Source: an uncultured Chloroflexia bacterium
Lineage (GTDB): Bacteria > Chloroflexota > Limnocylindria > Limnocylindrales > CSP1-4
Length of the DNA: 64,000 nt
Assembly: GCA_963813535.1 (NCBI GenBank)
Contig: CAWEZH010000002.1
Coordinates: 1,600,001 to 1,664,000, forward strand
Direction: 5' to 3'
The notes below the pieces were generated by a model, which was not told where the DNA came from, did not search any database, and was given only the letters and a program-made list of their open reading frames with translations. A program made the translations under genes and the position numbers. Each line of letters begins with the position of its first letter. The stretch's first letter is position 1. Shown here piece after piece: positions 1 to 9,671 of this stretch.

Positions 1-1158
1 CGTTGCGGCGTGATCGGGTAGGCGCCGTTGGTCGAATGGGCGGTCAGCTCCTCGAGCAACTGGGTCCGCAGGTCGGCGTGGACGAGGATCTCCCGTGACG
101 CATGCCGTTCGCTGGCGTCGCGACCACCGACGCCCCGCGGCTGGACGGCGTCGAGCAGTCGGGCCAGGCTCCCGTCGATGTCGCCGATGAGCTCGACTAC
201 GGGCTGATACGCCGCGTCGATCTCGGCCGGCTGCGTATCGATGTGGATGATCGGCTTGCCGCCGTCAGGATCCCAGGACGACGGCGCGTACTCGACAAGG
301 TCGTAGCCGACGCAGATGACGAGGTCGGCCCGGTCGAACCCCGAGAGGACGTGGTCGCGCGCCTGCAGCCCGACGGCCATCAGCGACAGGTGCGACCGGT
401 CGTCGATCGCGCCCTTGCCCATGAACGTGACCGCGACAGGCACGTGGAGTCCGCGGGCGAGGGCCCTGAGCTCGGGCGCCGCGCCGCGTCGAAGGACGCC
501 GTTGCCGGCAAGGATCAGCGGCCGCTCGGAGGCCGCGATCAGGCGCGCCGCGTGGTCGATCGCCTCGTCGGTCGGCTCGGGGAAATAGGCGTGGCCCGGC
601 GTGAGCGGCACCGGCGACGGGCCGCCGTCGTGCGGCCGGATATCGGTCGCGGCGAGGTCCTCCGGGAGCTCGATGTGCGTCGGACCGGGCTTCTCGAGCG
701 TCGCGACCCGGAATGACTTGCGCACGATCTCCGGGATCGCTCGGATCCGCTCGACGCGCGTGTTCCACTTCGTGACCGGTTCGAGCATCCGCACGATGTC
801 GACGACCTGGTGCGCCTCCTTGTGCAGCTTGGTCGAGGCGGCCTGGCCGGTGATGGCGACCATCGGCGCGCGGTCGAGGTACGCGTCGGCGACACCGGTG
901 ATGAGGTTGGTCGCCCCCGGGCCCGAGGGTGGCCATCGCCACCGCGGCCCGTCCCGTCAAGCGACCATGGACGTCGGCCATGAACGCGGCGCCCTGCTCG
1001 TGGCGGGTCGTGATGTGGCGGATGCCCTCGTGACGCGACAACGCATCGAGGATGTCCATCGTCTCCTCGCCTGGGACGGAGAAGACGAAGTCACAGCCCT
1101 CGGCCGCGAGGCAATCGACGAGGAGGTCGGCAGCGCGGCGGGGCGGCTCGCTGGTCAT
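1..1158 (-). CDS. Acetolactate synthase large subunit-like ThDP enzyme; runs off the window edge; frameshift at ~914-918
   Basis: N-terminus VFSVPGEE...TRHEQGAAFMA...ATLGPG. Removing one base from the C5 run at 914-918 restores GATNLITGVADAYLDRAP...KPGPTHIELPED. Confidence 0.85.
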
Positions 1159-1260
1159 GACACGTAGCCTAGGGCGGCCGTCGGTCCGGCGTGTCGGCCG
1201 GGCGCGAACGACCGTGTGCCCCGTGCCATCGACGACAATGGGCCCGATCGGAGGTGATGC

Positions 1261-1872
1261 GTGGGTCAGGAGATCGTGCTGTTCCACTCGGCGCTCGGCC
1301 TGCGACCGGCCGTGCTCGCCTTCGCCGATGCGCTCCGGGCGGGCGGCCACACGGTCCACACCCCCGACCTGTTCGACGGCGAGACGTTCGACGACCTGCC
1401 GGCGGGCGCCGCCAAACGGGACTCGATCGGGATCGAGGCGCTCATCGGGCGCGCCCGAGCGGCAGTAGACCTGCTGCCGGACGACGTGGTGTACGCCGGG
1501 TTCTCGATGGGCGCCGGTCCGGCCGAACTCCTCGCGGCGACCCGTCCCGGCGCCCGCGCCGCCATCCTGATGCACGGTGTGTTCGCTCCGGCCGACTACG
1601 GGATACCGACCTGGCCCGGCATCCCGGCCGAGGTCCACTACGCAGCGGACGACCCCGAGGTCGACGAGGCCGCCGCGAGGGCACTAGCGGACGCGGTCCG
1701 TGCCAGCGGAGCACCGGTCACGGTCCACACCTACGACCGCGGTGGACATCTCTTCGAGGACCCCGACTACGAGGGGTACGACGCCTCGTCGGCCGAGCTT
1801 CTTCGCGAACGCGTCCTCGCGTTCCTGGAGACGCTCGATGACCGACCTTCGACGTCCCCCGACGCGCGTTGA
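1261..1872 (+). CDS. Dienelactone hydrolase family alpha/beta hydrolase
   Basis: LFHSALG, PDLFDG, GFSMG nucleophile elbow and GGHLF motifs; GGAGG RBS upstream. Confidence 0.85.
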   Translation: MGQEIVLFHSALGLRPAVLAFADALRAGGHTVHTPDLFDGETFDDLPAGAAKRDSIGIEALIGRARAAVDLLPDDVVYAGFSMGAGPAELLAATRPGARAAILMHGVFAPADYGIPTWPGIPAEVHYAADDPEVDEAAARALADAVRASGAPVTVHTYDRGGHLFEDPDYEGYDASSAELLRERVLAFLETLDDRPSTSPDAR

Positions 1873-1936
1873 CCTGCATGGATCATCGCGCGCAACCCCG
1901 ACGTCGACCGCAGCCGGTCGGCCTGACGATGGCCGC

Positions 1937-3493
1937 GTGATGCGACCCAGACTCGAGCTGCTCTCTCCCGACCTCCTCGAACGGATCATCGACGAGGCGA
2001 AGCGCGTGCTGGCCGAGGTCGGGATGGAGGTCCGTGGACCCGAGATGCGACGGCGCCTGATCGAGGCCGGACTGCCGACCGACCCGGCCGGGCGGGTGTT
2101 GTTCCCACGGGACGTGGTGGAGAAGGCCATCGCCGACGCCCCGCGGTCGTTCACCCTCTACGACCGCGACGGCGATCCGCACGCCGACCTGGGCGAGGAC
2201 CGCGTGCACTTCGTCCCCGGATCATCGGGGCTGAAGACGCTCGACCATCGGACGGGCGAGGTCCGGCTCGCCGACTCGACCGACTTCGTCGAATACGTGC
2301 GGCTGGCCGACGGCCTGCAGCACATCGCCTATCTCGCGACCGCGTTCTCGACCAACGACGACATCGAGGCCCAGGTATCCGATGCGTGGCGCCTCTACAT
2401 GGTGCTGACGAACTCGAAGAAGCCTGTGGTGTCGGGCGCCTTCACCGAGCACGGCGTGCCGCGCATGGTCGAGATGATGCAGCTCTTCCGCGAGGATCGA
2501 GCCGACCTCATCGCGCGCCCGATGTCGATCTTCACGATCACCGCGACCGGCAACTTCCGGTACTCGGAGGACTCGTGCCAGAACATGATCGACTGCGTCG
2601 AGGCCGGCATCCCGGTCGAGATCGTGCCGGTCACGTTGATGGGGCTGATCGCGCCGGTGACGCTGGTCGGCGCCACGGTCTTCCACACGGTGGATGTCCT
2701 GGCCGGAATCACGATGGCGCAGATCATCCGGCCGGGAGCTCCCGTGCTGTTCGGCGGCGCGCCGGCGACGTTCCATATGAAGATCGCGTCCTCGCCGATG
2801 TCGGCGATCGAGGCGATCCAGCTCGACGCGGCCTATATCGCGGTCGCGAAATCCCTCGAGCTGCCGTGCCAGTCGTACATGGCGCTGTCGGATGGACCGA
2901 TCCTCGACGCCCAGGCCGGCGCCGAGACGTTCGGATCGGCGTTGATCGCGGCGTTGGCTGGGGTGAATTCCGTGTCGGGGCCGGGGATGCTCGACTTCCT
3001 GCTGGTGTTCAACCTGCCGAAGCTCGTCTTCGACGACGAGATGTGCGGCCAAGCGCTGCGCTTCGTGCGCGAGGTCCGGGTGGCCGACGACCTGCCGATC
3101 GACGGGCTCATCCAGCAGCTGATGGCCGACCAGCACCTGATCATGGCCGAGCACACGATGGCCCACTGGCCGACCGAGCTGTACCTGCCGTCGGCCATCG
3201 TCGATCGCGACAACCGGGAGAACTGGCTGAAGGCCGGCGGCAAGGACACGTACCAGCGGGCGGTCGCCGAAGTGGAGCGGCGACTCGCCGCCTATCGCCC
3301 CATCGCGACCGATCCGGCAATCGACGCGGAGCTCCGGCGGATCATCACGTCAGGATTGGAATCGCAGACCGTGCTGCCGGTGCTGCCCGATGCCACCGAG
3401 CCGACCGAGGAGGCGCTGGCGGCCGTGGCGGCAGGCGATGGTGCCGGCGCGGGTCGCGGCCGCCGGGTCAACGCGAGGCGCCGCCCGGGCTAA
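1937..3493 (+). CDS. Trimethylamine methyltransferase (MttB) family protein, non-pyrrolysine
   Basis: MttB motifs [35 protein letters not shown]. No in-frame amber codon. Start is GTG 1937 or ATG 1940. Confidence 0.85.
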   Translation: MMRPRLELLSPDLLERIIDEAKRVLAEVGMEVRGPEMRRRLIEAGLPTDPAGRVLFPRDVVEKAIADAPRSFTLYDRDGDPHADLGEDRVHFVPGSSGLKTLDHRTGEVRLADSTDFVEYVRLADGLQHIAYLATAFSTNDDIEAQVSDAWRLYMVLTNSKKPVVSGAFTEHGVPRMVEMMQLFREDRADLIARPMSIFTITATGNFRYSEDSCQNMIDCVEAGIPVEIVPVTLMGLIAPVTLVGATVFHTVDVLAGITMAQIIRPGAPVLFGGAPATFHMKIASSPMSAIEAIQLDAAYIAVAKSLELPCQSYMALSDGPILDAQAGAETFGSALIAALAGVNSVSGPGMLDFLLVFNLPKLVFDDEMCGQALRFVREVRVADDLPIDGLIQQLMADQHLIMAEHTMAHWPTELYLPSAIVDRDNRENWLKAGGKDTYQRAVAEVERRLAAYRPIATDPAIDAELRRIITSGLESQTVLPVLPDATEPTEEALAAVAAGDGAGAGRGRRVNARRRPG

Positions 3494-3879
3494 GGAGCGG
3501 GGGGATCCGCTGCCCCCTTGCGGATCGTGGGCGTCGCGACGACCCGCCACGCATCCTCAACCAACCCCTCGAGCTCATCCCAGTCGACCGGCACGTCCAG
3601 GTAGACGCCCAGCCATCCACGATGTCCGACGTATGGCGGCCGGAAGAACCGCTCAGGATCGGCCGCGACCAGCGTCTCCTGGGCACCCGCCGGTGCGGCA
3701 AGCCATACCGCTCGTCGATCGTCGTGGTGTCGGTCGGCCGACGTGACGAACTGGCGCTTCCCGACGAACCAACTCGCCTCGCCGTGGCTCGACCGCTCCG
3801 AACTCTCGGGCAGGGCGAGGCAGATCGCGCGGAGCCGCTCGTAGGGATCGTCGGGAGGCCCGCCCGGATCGCGCGTCAG
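3490..3879 (-). CDS. MmcQ/YjbR family protein (absent from the ORF track; probable CTG start)
   Basis: Hand translation gives [31 protein letters not shown]...[39 protein letters not shown]. Open 130 codons from CTG (3879) to TAG (3490-3492). Confidence 0.8.
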   Translation of the reverse strand: MTRDPGGPPDDPYERLRAICLALPESSERSSHGEASWFVGKRQFVTSADRHHDDRRAVWLAAPAGAQETLVAADPERFFRPPYVGHRGWLGVYLDVPVDWDELEGLVEDAWRVVATPTIRKGAADPPAP

Positions 3880-4280
3880 ATCGCCCGCACCCGGTTGTTC
3901 TTGGCCTCGTGGGTCAGCTCGGCCTTGCCGAGCGCCTCGAGCAGCGGGGGGAGATACATCCCGAATCGGCCGCGGTACCCCTTGCGGAGCCCGTACCAGC
4001 CACCGACCGGATTTTCCGAGTCACGGCCCCAGCCCTCGACCGTTCCGGCCTTGGCCTCCTTCTGCTCGTCGGCCGCGCCGAGATCCATCCAGTCGCCGTG
4101 ATCCTTGAGCATCGTGTGCAGGTCTTCGATCGACCTCAGGTGGTACTTCAGCTGGGTCGAGCCCACCTGGCACACGAGCGCCGGCGGATCGGCCGCAAGG
4201 TCGCGCCACATCTGGTACTCGGACGTACCCGGCGCCGTCTTCAGCTGCCAGGGATCCTCCTTCGTGCCGCTGCCGGTCAT
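3876..4280 (-). CDS. Conserved hypothetical protein (DUF6855-like)
   Basis: GTKEDPWQLKT...NPVGGWYGLRKGYRGRFGMY; typical codon usage; start overlaps the upstream stop. Confidence 0.7.
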   Translation of the reverse strand: MTGSGTKEDPWQLKTAPGTSEYQMWRDLAADPPALVCQVGSTQLKYHLRSIEDLHTMLKDHGDWMDLGAADEQKEAKAGTVEGWGRDSENPVGGWYGLRKGYRGRFGMYLPPLLEALGKAELTHEAKNNRVRAI

Positions 4281-4741
4281 GCGCTCTCCTCCTCGACTAC
4301 GGCCGTCGAAACGGCGCTCTGATAGTGCGGCAGCAGGGTCGACCAGCCGCCCATGTTCCGATCGCGCCAGCTCTGGCCTTCGGCGCCGAGGGCCTCCCAG
4401 CCGCGGTGCTCGATATCGACCCGTGTCGCGTCGGACGCGAGCGACACGAAGCGGATCTCGACCTCGGTCGCCTCAGCGGGATCGCGCTTGAGGTGCCAGA
4501 GGTAGACGAGCCGGGCCGGCGGTTCCCACGCCGTCACCTGGCCCCAGTCCCACTCCTCCCCTTCCGGCGTGCGCTCGAAGATCCGGCCCCCGACCCGACC
4601 CTCGAGCACGATCTGCAGGTCGGCCCGACCGGTGTGGGTGTGATCGGCCGGCCACCAGCGATCGATCCCGCGCGTCCATGTGTCGAAGGCGTGGTCCTGC
4701 GGTGCCTCGACGTCGAACGTGATGCGTAGCGGTTCGATCAT
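4277..4741 (-). CDS. SRPBCC/AHSA1 domain protein
   Basis: GGRIFE, WGQVTAWEPPARL, TEVEIRF, EHRGWE, GGW motifs; follows an ArsR gene. Confidence 0.85.
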   Translation of the reverse strand: MIEPLRITFDVEAPQDHAFDTWTRGIDRWWPADHTHTGRADLQIVLEGRVGGRIFERTPEGEEWDWGQVTAWEPPARLVYLWHLKRDPAEATEVEIRFVSLASDATRVDIEHRGWEALGAEGQSWRDRNMGGWSTLLPHYQSAVSTAVVEEESA

Positions 4742-5091
4742 CGGGTCTTCCCTCGCCGCCGACCCGGCTCCGTGTTCTCGGCGACGATGCGAAAACGGGT
4801 CGTCGCTTCGCCCCAGACGTTCTCGAGATAGCTCCGGACGGCATCGGCACCCAACTCGTGAAGGGCGTAGAGCCGCCGGGTGCCGACCGCCCGCTCTTTG
4901 ACGAGGCCGGCCTCGCGAAGCAGTCGGAGATGGCGGGAAACGGCGGGACGGCTGATGGGCATGGCATCGGCGAGGGTCCCGACCGAGCGTTCGCCATCGC
5001 GCAACAGCTGCAGGATCCGTCGACGGTGAGGGTCGCCGAGCGCCTCGAACGGATCGGTGGTCGTGTCGATGGCGCCCGTGGTCCGTAACAT
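4738..5091 (-). CDS. ArsR/SmtB family transcriptional regulator
   Basis: FEALGDPHRRRIL...ISRPAVSRHLRLLREAGLV...GTRRLY. Own ATG at 5091 with a TACCGT -10-like hexamer 7 nt upstream. Confidence 0.85.
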   Translation of the reverse strand: MLRTTGAIDTTTDPFEALGDPHRRRILQLLRDGERSVGTLADAMPISRPAVSRHLRLLREAGLVKERAVGTRRLYALHELGADAVRSYLENVWGEATTRFRIVAENTEPGRRRGKTR

Positions 5092-5117
5092 CGCGGTTAC
5101 GGTAACACGTGAGTTAC
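5083..5117. promoter_or_regulatory. Tandem palindromic operator GTAAC-N6-GTTAC x2 (putative ArsR autoregulatory site)
   Basis: CCGTAAC-atcgcg-GTTACGG (5083-5102) and GTAAC-acgtga-GTTAC (5102-5117) cover the -10 hexamer and start codon of arsR. Confidence 0.7.
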
Positions 5118-5706
5118 ACCTGCGGTCAACGGGCGTCGCCGGGATCGTCGCCCAGGACGGAGGTCGGGCGCGTCGTGGTGCCTCTGGCGCCTCGTCGCGC
5201 AGCGACGTCGACTTGGTGGCGACGACCGGCTCCGGGCTCAGCTCCCCGCCGCGCACCGTGGCACCCAGCACGATCCCGGCTGACACCAACACGATGTTCT
5301 TGATGATGTACTGACCCTCGAGGGTCGGGACGAACGGGAAGATCGTGAACGTCTCGCTCGGGAACAGGAACAGCGGCGTGATCGTTCCGAGCATCTGGAC
5401 GAACAGCAGCGCCAGGACCGCGCGCATCCACCGCCCGGCGATCAGGCCGATGCCGATGGCGACCTCCCACACCGCGAGGATGAAGACCGCGGTCTCACGC
5501 GGGATGGCACCGAAGGTGAGGGTCTCGATCGTCCGGCCGGCCAGGGTCTCGGCCGGACTGAGGTTCGGGAAGAACTTGAGCGCACCGAACCAGAAGAACA
5601 CGATGCCCAGGGCGAGTCGCAGCAGCGTGAGGCCGTGATCGGCCATGAGCTGGGTGATGCGCCGGTCGAGCCGGTCGAACCAGCGCGGGGGCTTCGTGTC
5701 GAGCAC
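5092..5706 (-). CDS. DoxX family membrane protein; frame continues without a stop into arsR (ORF 4738-5706)
   Basis: LLRLALGIVFFWFGALKF, EVAIGIGL, GQYIIKN motifs; about four hydrophobic segments. Confidence 0.75.
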
Positions 5707-5762
5707 CTGCTATCTGTAGCACGACCGACGAGCCGCTGCGCGGCCCCGGTATCGTTCGACGT

Positions 5763-6440
5763 ATGGATCGCGACGATCCCGCGTACAAAGGGCAGGCCGA
5801 TTACTCGCCCCTGTTGCTCAAGCTGTATGACCCGATCGTCATCGGCTTCGTCGCGTGGCTCGTCTGGCGATGCCCCGCCGACCCGATCCTCGATGGCTAT
5901 CGGCGGCTCATCCGCGACAACCACCTCGATATCGGTCCGGGCACCGGCTATTGCATCGACAAGTCAAGCCTTCCCGACGGCAGTCGAGTGACCATCGTCG
6001 ACCCCAACACGACTGTCCTTCGCTACGCCTCGCGGCGACTGCACAGGCTCGACGTCACCGCGGTCGAGGCCGATGTCCTGAAACCGCTCCCAGTCCAGGG
6101 ACCGTTCGACTCGGCAGCGCTCAACCTAGTCATCCATTGCCTTCCCGGTCCGGCGTCGCGCAAGGCGGCCGGGATCGCGAATGTCGCCGCAACGTTGACG
6201 CCCGATGGCGTGCTGTTCGGGGCGTCTGTCCTCGGCCGTTCGGGGAGCCACACGTGGCTGGCGCGCCGGGTCCTGTCGGCCTTCAATCGGCGCGGTGCAT
6301 TCGACAATCTCGACGACTCGGAGGCGAGCATTCGCGAGATGCTCAGCGCGTCGTTCGAGCGGGTCGAGCTGACGACGTTCGGATCCGTGGCGGTCTTCTC
6401 GGCGACCGGCCCGCGCAGACGAGAGGGCGCCGTGGCATAG
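5763..6440 (+). CDS. Class I SAM-dependent methyltransferase
   Basis: HLDIGPGTG motif I, FDSAALNLVIHCLPG, LTPDGVLFG. Confidence 0.85.
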   Translation: MDRDDPAYKGQADYSPLLLKLYDPIVIGFVAWLVWRCPADPILDGYRRLIRDNHLDIGPGTGYCIDKSSLPDGSRVTIVDPNTTVLRYASRRLHRLDVTAVEADVLKPLPVQGPFDSAALNLVIHCLPGPASRKAAGIANVAATLTPDGVLFGASVLGRSGSHTWLARRVLSAFNRRGAFDNLDDSEASIREMLSASFERVELTTFGSVAVFSATGPRRREGAVA

Positions 6441-6451
6441 CCGGCGAACCG

Positions 6452-6973
6452 TCAGGACTGCCGTCGTTCCCGACCTCCGCGCAACTGTCGACCGAACCAC
6501 TGCCGCACGCGGACGGGTATCGAGAGCTGCGACACGGGCGTGATGTCGGGATCCTCCTTGCCGGCGGCGACCCGCGCGACCGCTCGGACCTCCTCCTCCA
6601 GCTGGCGCCGATAGATCCGCGCGGCGGCGACCCGGACAAGCGGGGCGATCGGTCCGGACACCTCGAATGCATGGCGGATCCGTGCTCCACGCTCGGTGGG
6701 CTCGACCTCGTAGATGTTGATGATCGTCATGAGCGCGGGCTTGACCACGACCTCGATCGCCCGACCCGGTTCGAGCTTCCTGATGCGGCAGTGATAGACG
6801 GTCCCGTAGTTCGCGCGGACATCGACCATGCCGCCCTCGACCAGTGGGCCGTCCGCATGAGCCCACGTGGCGTTGTGCGCCCAACGACTCCACGTCGACG
6901 GGTCCATGTACAGGGCGAACACCGCAGCCGGATCGACGTCGATCTCCTGGATGCTCTCGATGGCCCAGCTCAT
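6452..6973 (-). CDS. SRPBCC/polyketide cyclase family protein
   Basis: From MSWAIES: IDVDPAAVFALYMDPSTWSRW...EPGRAI...FEVSGPIAPL. Confidence 0.7.
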   Translation of the reverse strand: MSWAIESIQEIDVDPAAVFALYMDPSTWSRWAHNATWAHADGPLVEGGMVDVRANYGTVYHCRIRKLEPGRAIEVVVKPALMTIINIYEVEPTERGARIRHAFEVSGPIAPLVRVAAARIYRRQLEEEVRAVARVAAGKEDPDITPVSQLSIPVRVRQWFGRQLRGGRERRQS

Positions 6974-7038
6974 AGCAGTACATTGCTCCGCCTCGATGAC
7001 CTTGCCTAGCGCGGCTGGCCCTCTGTCAGACTCGGGCG

Positions 7039-7251
7039 ATGGACGAGCTGGGCACCTTCCTGACCCAGTTGCCGAGACCCATCGGCCCGATCGTGACCGG
7101 GTTGCTACCTGTCGCGGCGATCGTCGGGTTCGTGGCTGCGTTCTGGGCTCAACACAAAGGACGAACCGCCCTGATGCTCGTTGCCCTGGGGATCGGGGTG
7201 CTGAGCCTCGTCGGTGCGGTGGCATTCCTGTCGGTGGCGTCGACCCTCTGA
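7039..7251 (+). CDS. Small two-TM membrane protein, hypothetical
   Basis: 70 aa with two hydrophobic helices; fills the gap between genes; CAGACT hexamer 6 nt before ATG. Confidence 0.6.
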   Translation: MDELGTFLTQLPRPIGPIVTGLLPVAAIVGFVAAFWAQHKGRTALMLVALGIGVLSLVGAVAFLSVASTL

Positions 7252-7297
7252 CCGGCCACCGCCGAGGCCGCCGATCGCGAGACGCCAAGCCCGCTGG

Positions 7298-7756
7298 CTA
7301 CCTGCGGACGTACCCGATCGGGAAGTCGAGCTCCCATCGATCGCCCGCCTCGCCCAGGCCACGCTCCCAGCGACCGTCGATCGATCTGCCGTCAGCCGAG
7401 ATCTCCCCGATGAACCGTTGGTTGAAGCCCGGACCGTCGGGACCGTTCCAATCCTCGCCGGGCGCACGCCAGATCCGCCACGTCGCGCCGTCGACGGTCG
7501 TCATGAACAGCCGCTTGACGCCTCGACTATCGAAGTAGTGCATCGGCTGCGGCTCGCCGTCGGGCGCGCCACCGATGATCGAGATGCTGTCGGGCATCTC
7601 GGCCGGCTCTCCCGTCGACCGCATGACGATGAACGCACCGAGGCGCTCGATCGTCACGTCCGCCGAGATCTTCATCGGAGGCTCGATCGGGAGTTCGCCT
7701 TCCCCCTGCCATCCGCCGATCAGTGGCTCGAACGCGTCCATCATCAGTGCACTCAA
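7298..7756 (-). CDS. Conserved hypothetical beta-barrel-like protein (DUF1579-like)
   Basis: LIGGWQGEG, MHYFDSRGVKR, QRFIGEISADG, GRWE motifs. Confidence 0.65.
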   Translation of the reverse strand: MSALMMDAFEPLIGGWQGEGELPIEPPMKISADVTIERLGAFIVMRSTGEPAEMPDSISIIGGAPDGEPQPMHYFDSRGVKRLFMTTVDGATWRIWRAPGEDWNGPDGPGFNQRFIGEISADGRSIDGRWERGLGEAGDRWELDFPIGYVRR

Positions 7757-7773
7757 AAGCGATCTGCTGGCGA

Positions 7774-9021
7774 CTACGCCCAGGGGGACGGCAGGTGCGT
7801 CAGCGGCTCGCGGTCTGGGAAGACATCGGCCTGCAGGGACGGGTCAGCGGCAGGGACGTAGCGCTCTTCGAGCCCGAGCTCCTTCAGGACGACGTTGCGT
7901 CCCTGGGCGATCCCGGTCGCCTTGTAGAACGCCACCGTGCGGTTGAACCCCTGCCGACCGAACCCGCAGTCGCTGGAGAGGATCAGCTTGTCGGCCGGGA
8001 TCACTTCCAGAGCCCGGCGGATCCTTCCCGCGATGACCGGTGCCATGTCCGCCTGCAGCTGCCGGTGGCTCACCATCCCGACGGCGATCTTCTTGTTCAG
8101 GCGATCGGCGTAGGGCTTGAACAGGTCGATCTCGGCGAGCTCGTTCTCCGTCGCCTCGATGGTCCACACGTCGCCCTTGAGGCGCTCGAGGTAGATCTCG
8201 ATCGAGTTCGCGTATGACTCGCCGGTGTAGACCTTCTGCATGTTGGGGTTGCCCCAGCAGGTGTGGATCCACAGCTCGACATCGTCGAGCCCGTCGACCT
8301 CGTGGTTGAACGCGTCGACCATGAAGTCGAGCAACTCCTTCTGCTCCGGGTGAAAGGCCGCCGTGAAGTGGATCGTCGGTTCCTCGATCTGGATGACCTT
8401 GGCCCCGGCCGCGGCGAGCTGGCGGAGCTCGGTGTTCATCGCGGTCGCCATGTCCCAGATGAGCTGCTTCTTGTCGTCGAGGTCGTAGTCGGGCGTATGG
8501 CTGTCGAGGAAGATCGACAGCACCTGCGATGAGCAGCTCCCGAACTTGACCGGCTTGCCCGAGGCCGCCCGGGCCTGCGCGATCCGCCACAGCTTGGCGT
8601 ACTCGAGCGGGTTCTTCGGGTCGTGCTCGACCTTGCCGACCACACGCGGCCAGCGCCACGTCGTCTCGATCTCGTTCATGAGCGTGCCGGGCGCGAACGC
8701 GAGCAGCGAGTCGCGCGAACGCTCGTACTGGAGCTCCTCGTGCTCGAGGCCCTTCCAACGCTGCAGTGGGTAGTGGTGCCACGAGCGCCCGGCGAAATCC
8801 TCATCGAGGTGGTAGTCGCCGTTCGTCAGGATGTCGAGTCCGGCGCGCTCCTGGTCGGCGATCACGGTGGCGTGCGCGTCGAGGAACTGCTCGCGGAAGC
8901 GGACGTCGAGGAGCGCCGTGTCGAGCGGGCGGCCCCACAGGCCCTGGTCGTACCAGCGCGGCCGTGGCCACGAGCCGGTGACGGTGGCCGGGAGCATGAG
9001 GTCCTTGGTGGCCGTGAGCAT
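7774..9021 (-). CDS. Cobalamin-independent methionine synthase II family (short MetE catalytic-domain protein)
   Basis: TVTGSWPRP, QERAGLDILTNGD, IQIEEP; Zn-ligand motifs HTCWGN and SSDCGFG; 415 aa with no N-terminal folate barrel. Confidence 0.85.
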   Translation of the reverse strand: MLTATKDLMLPATVTGSWPRPRWYDQGLWGRPLDTALLDVRFREQFLDAHATVIADQERAGLDILTNGDYHLDEDFAGRSWHHYPLQRWKGLEHEELQYERSRDSLLAFAPGTLMNEIETTWRWPRVVGKVEHDPKNPLEYAKLWRIAQARAASGKPVKFGSCSSQVLSIFLDSHTPDYDLDDKKQLIWDMATAMNTELRQLAAAGAKVIQIEEPTIHFTAAFHPEQKELLDFMVDAFNHEVDGLDDVELWIHTCWGNPNMQKVYTGESYANSIEIYLERLKGDVWTIEATENELAEIDLFKPYADRLNKKIAVGMVSHRQLQADMAPVIAGRIRRALEVIPADKLILSSDCGFGRQGFNRTVAFYKATGIAQGRNVVLKELGLEERYVPAADPSLQADVFPDREPLTHLPSPWA

Positions 9022-9146
9022 CGAGCGTGTGCCTCCTCGCCGTTACCCGGGTGGTGTCGATCGAGCAGTTTCGGAGAAGCCGCCGAGGCGCCCACTCCCT
9101 AGGATGAGCGTAGTCCCATCAGACATCCACACCGGAGGAACCTGCC

Positions 9147-9602
9147 ATGAACGCCGCCCAGAAGTCCGCCAAGAGCACCACCACCAAGACGACCAAGCGA
9201 TTCTCGGCCGAGGAACGAGACGCGATGAAGGAGCGCGCCAAAGAGCTGAAGGCGGCCACGAGCAAGGCGGACGATGAAGCCGCCGTGCTCGCGAAGATCG
9301 CCGAGATGCCGGAATCGGATCGGACCATGGCCGAGCGGATCCATGCCATCGTCAAAGCCAGCGCACCCACGCTCTCGCCCAAGACCTGGTACGGGATGCC
9401 CGCGTACGCCAACGAGGAGGGCAAGACTGTCTTCTTCTTCACACCGGCGGCCAAGTTCAAGGAGCGGTATGCGACGTTCGGCTTCAACGCCGACGCGCAC
9501 CTCGACGACGGCAACATGTGGCCGACCTCCTGGGCGTTGACGAAGCTGACCGCCGCCGACGAGGCGAGGATCGGCGCACTCGTGAAGAAGGCAGTGAGCT
9601 GA
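9147..9602 (+). CDS. DUF1801/YdhG-like protein
   Basis: KTWYGMPAY, KFKERYATFGF, MWPTSWAL motifs; GGAGG RBS. Confidence 0.8.
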   Translation: MNAAQKSAKSTTTKTTKRFSAEERDAMKERAKELKAATSKADDEAAVLAKIAEMPESDRTMAERIHAIVKASAPTLSPKTWYGMPAYANEEGKTVFFFTPAAKFKERYATFGFNADAHLDDGNMWPTSWALTKLTAADEARIGALVKKAVS

Positions 9603-9671
9603 GCGCCGAGACCCGCCCCTGGGCCCGCCCGTAGGTCAGCAGGCGTCCGCACGCCCGCGTACCGTGTCGCC

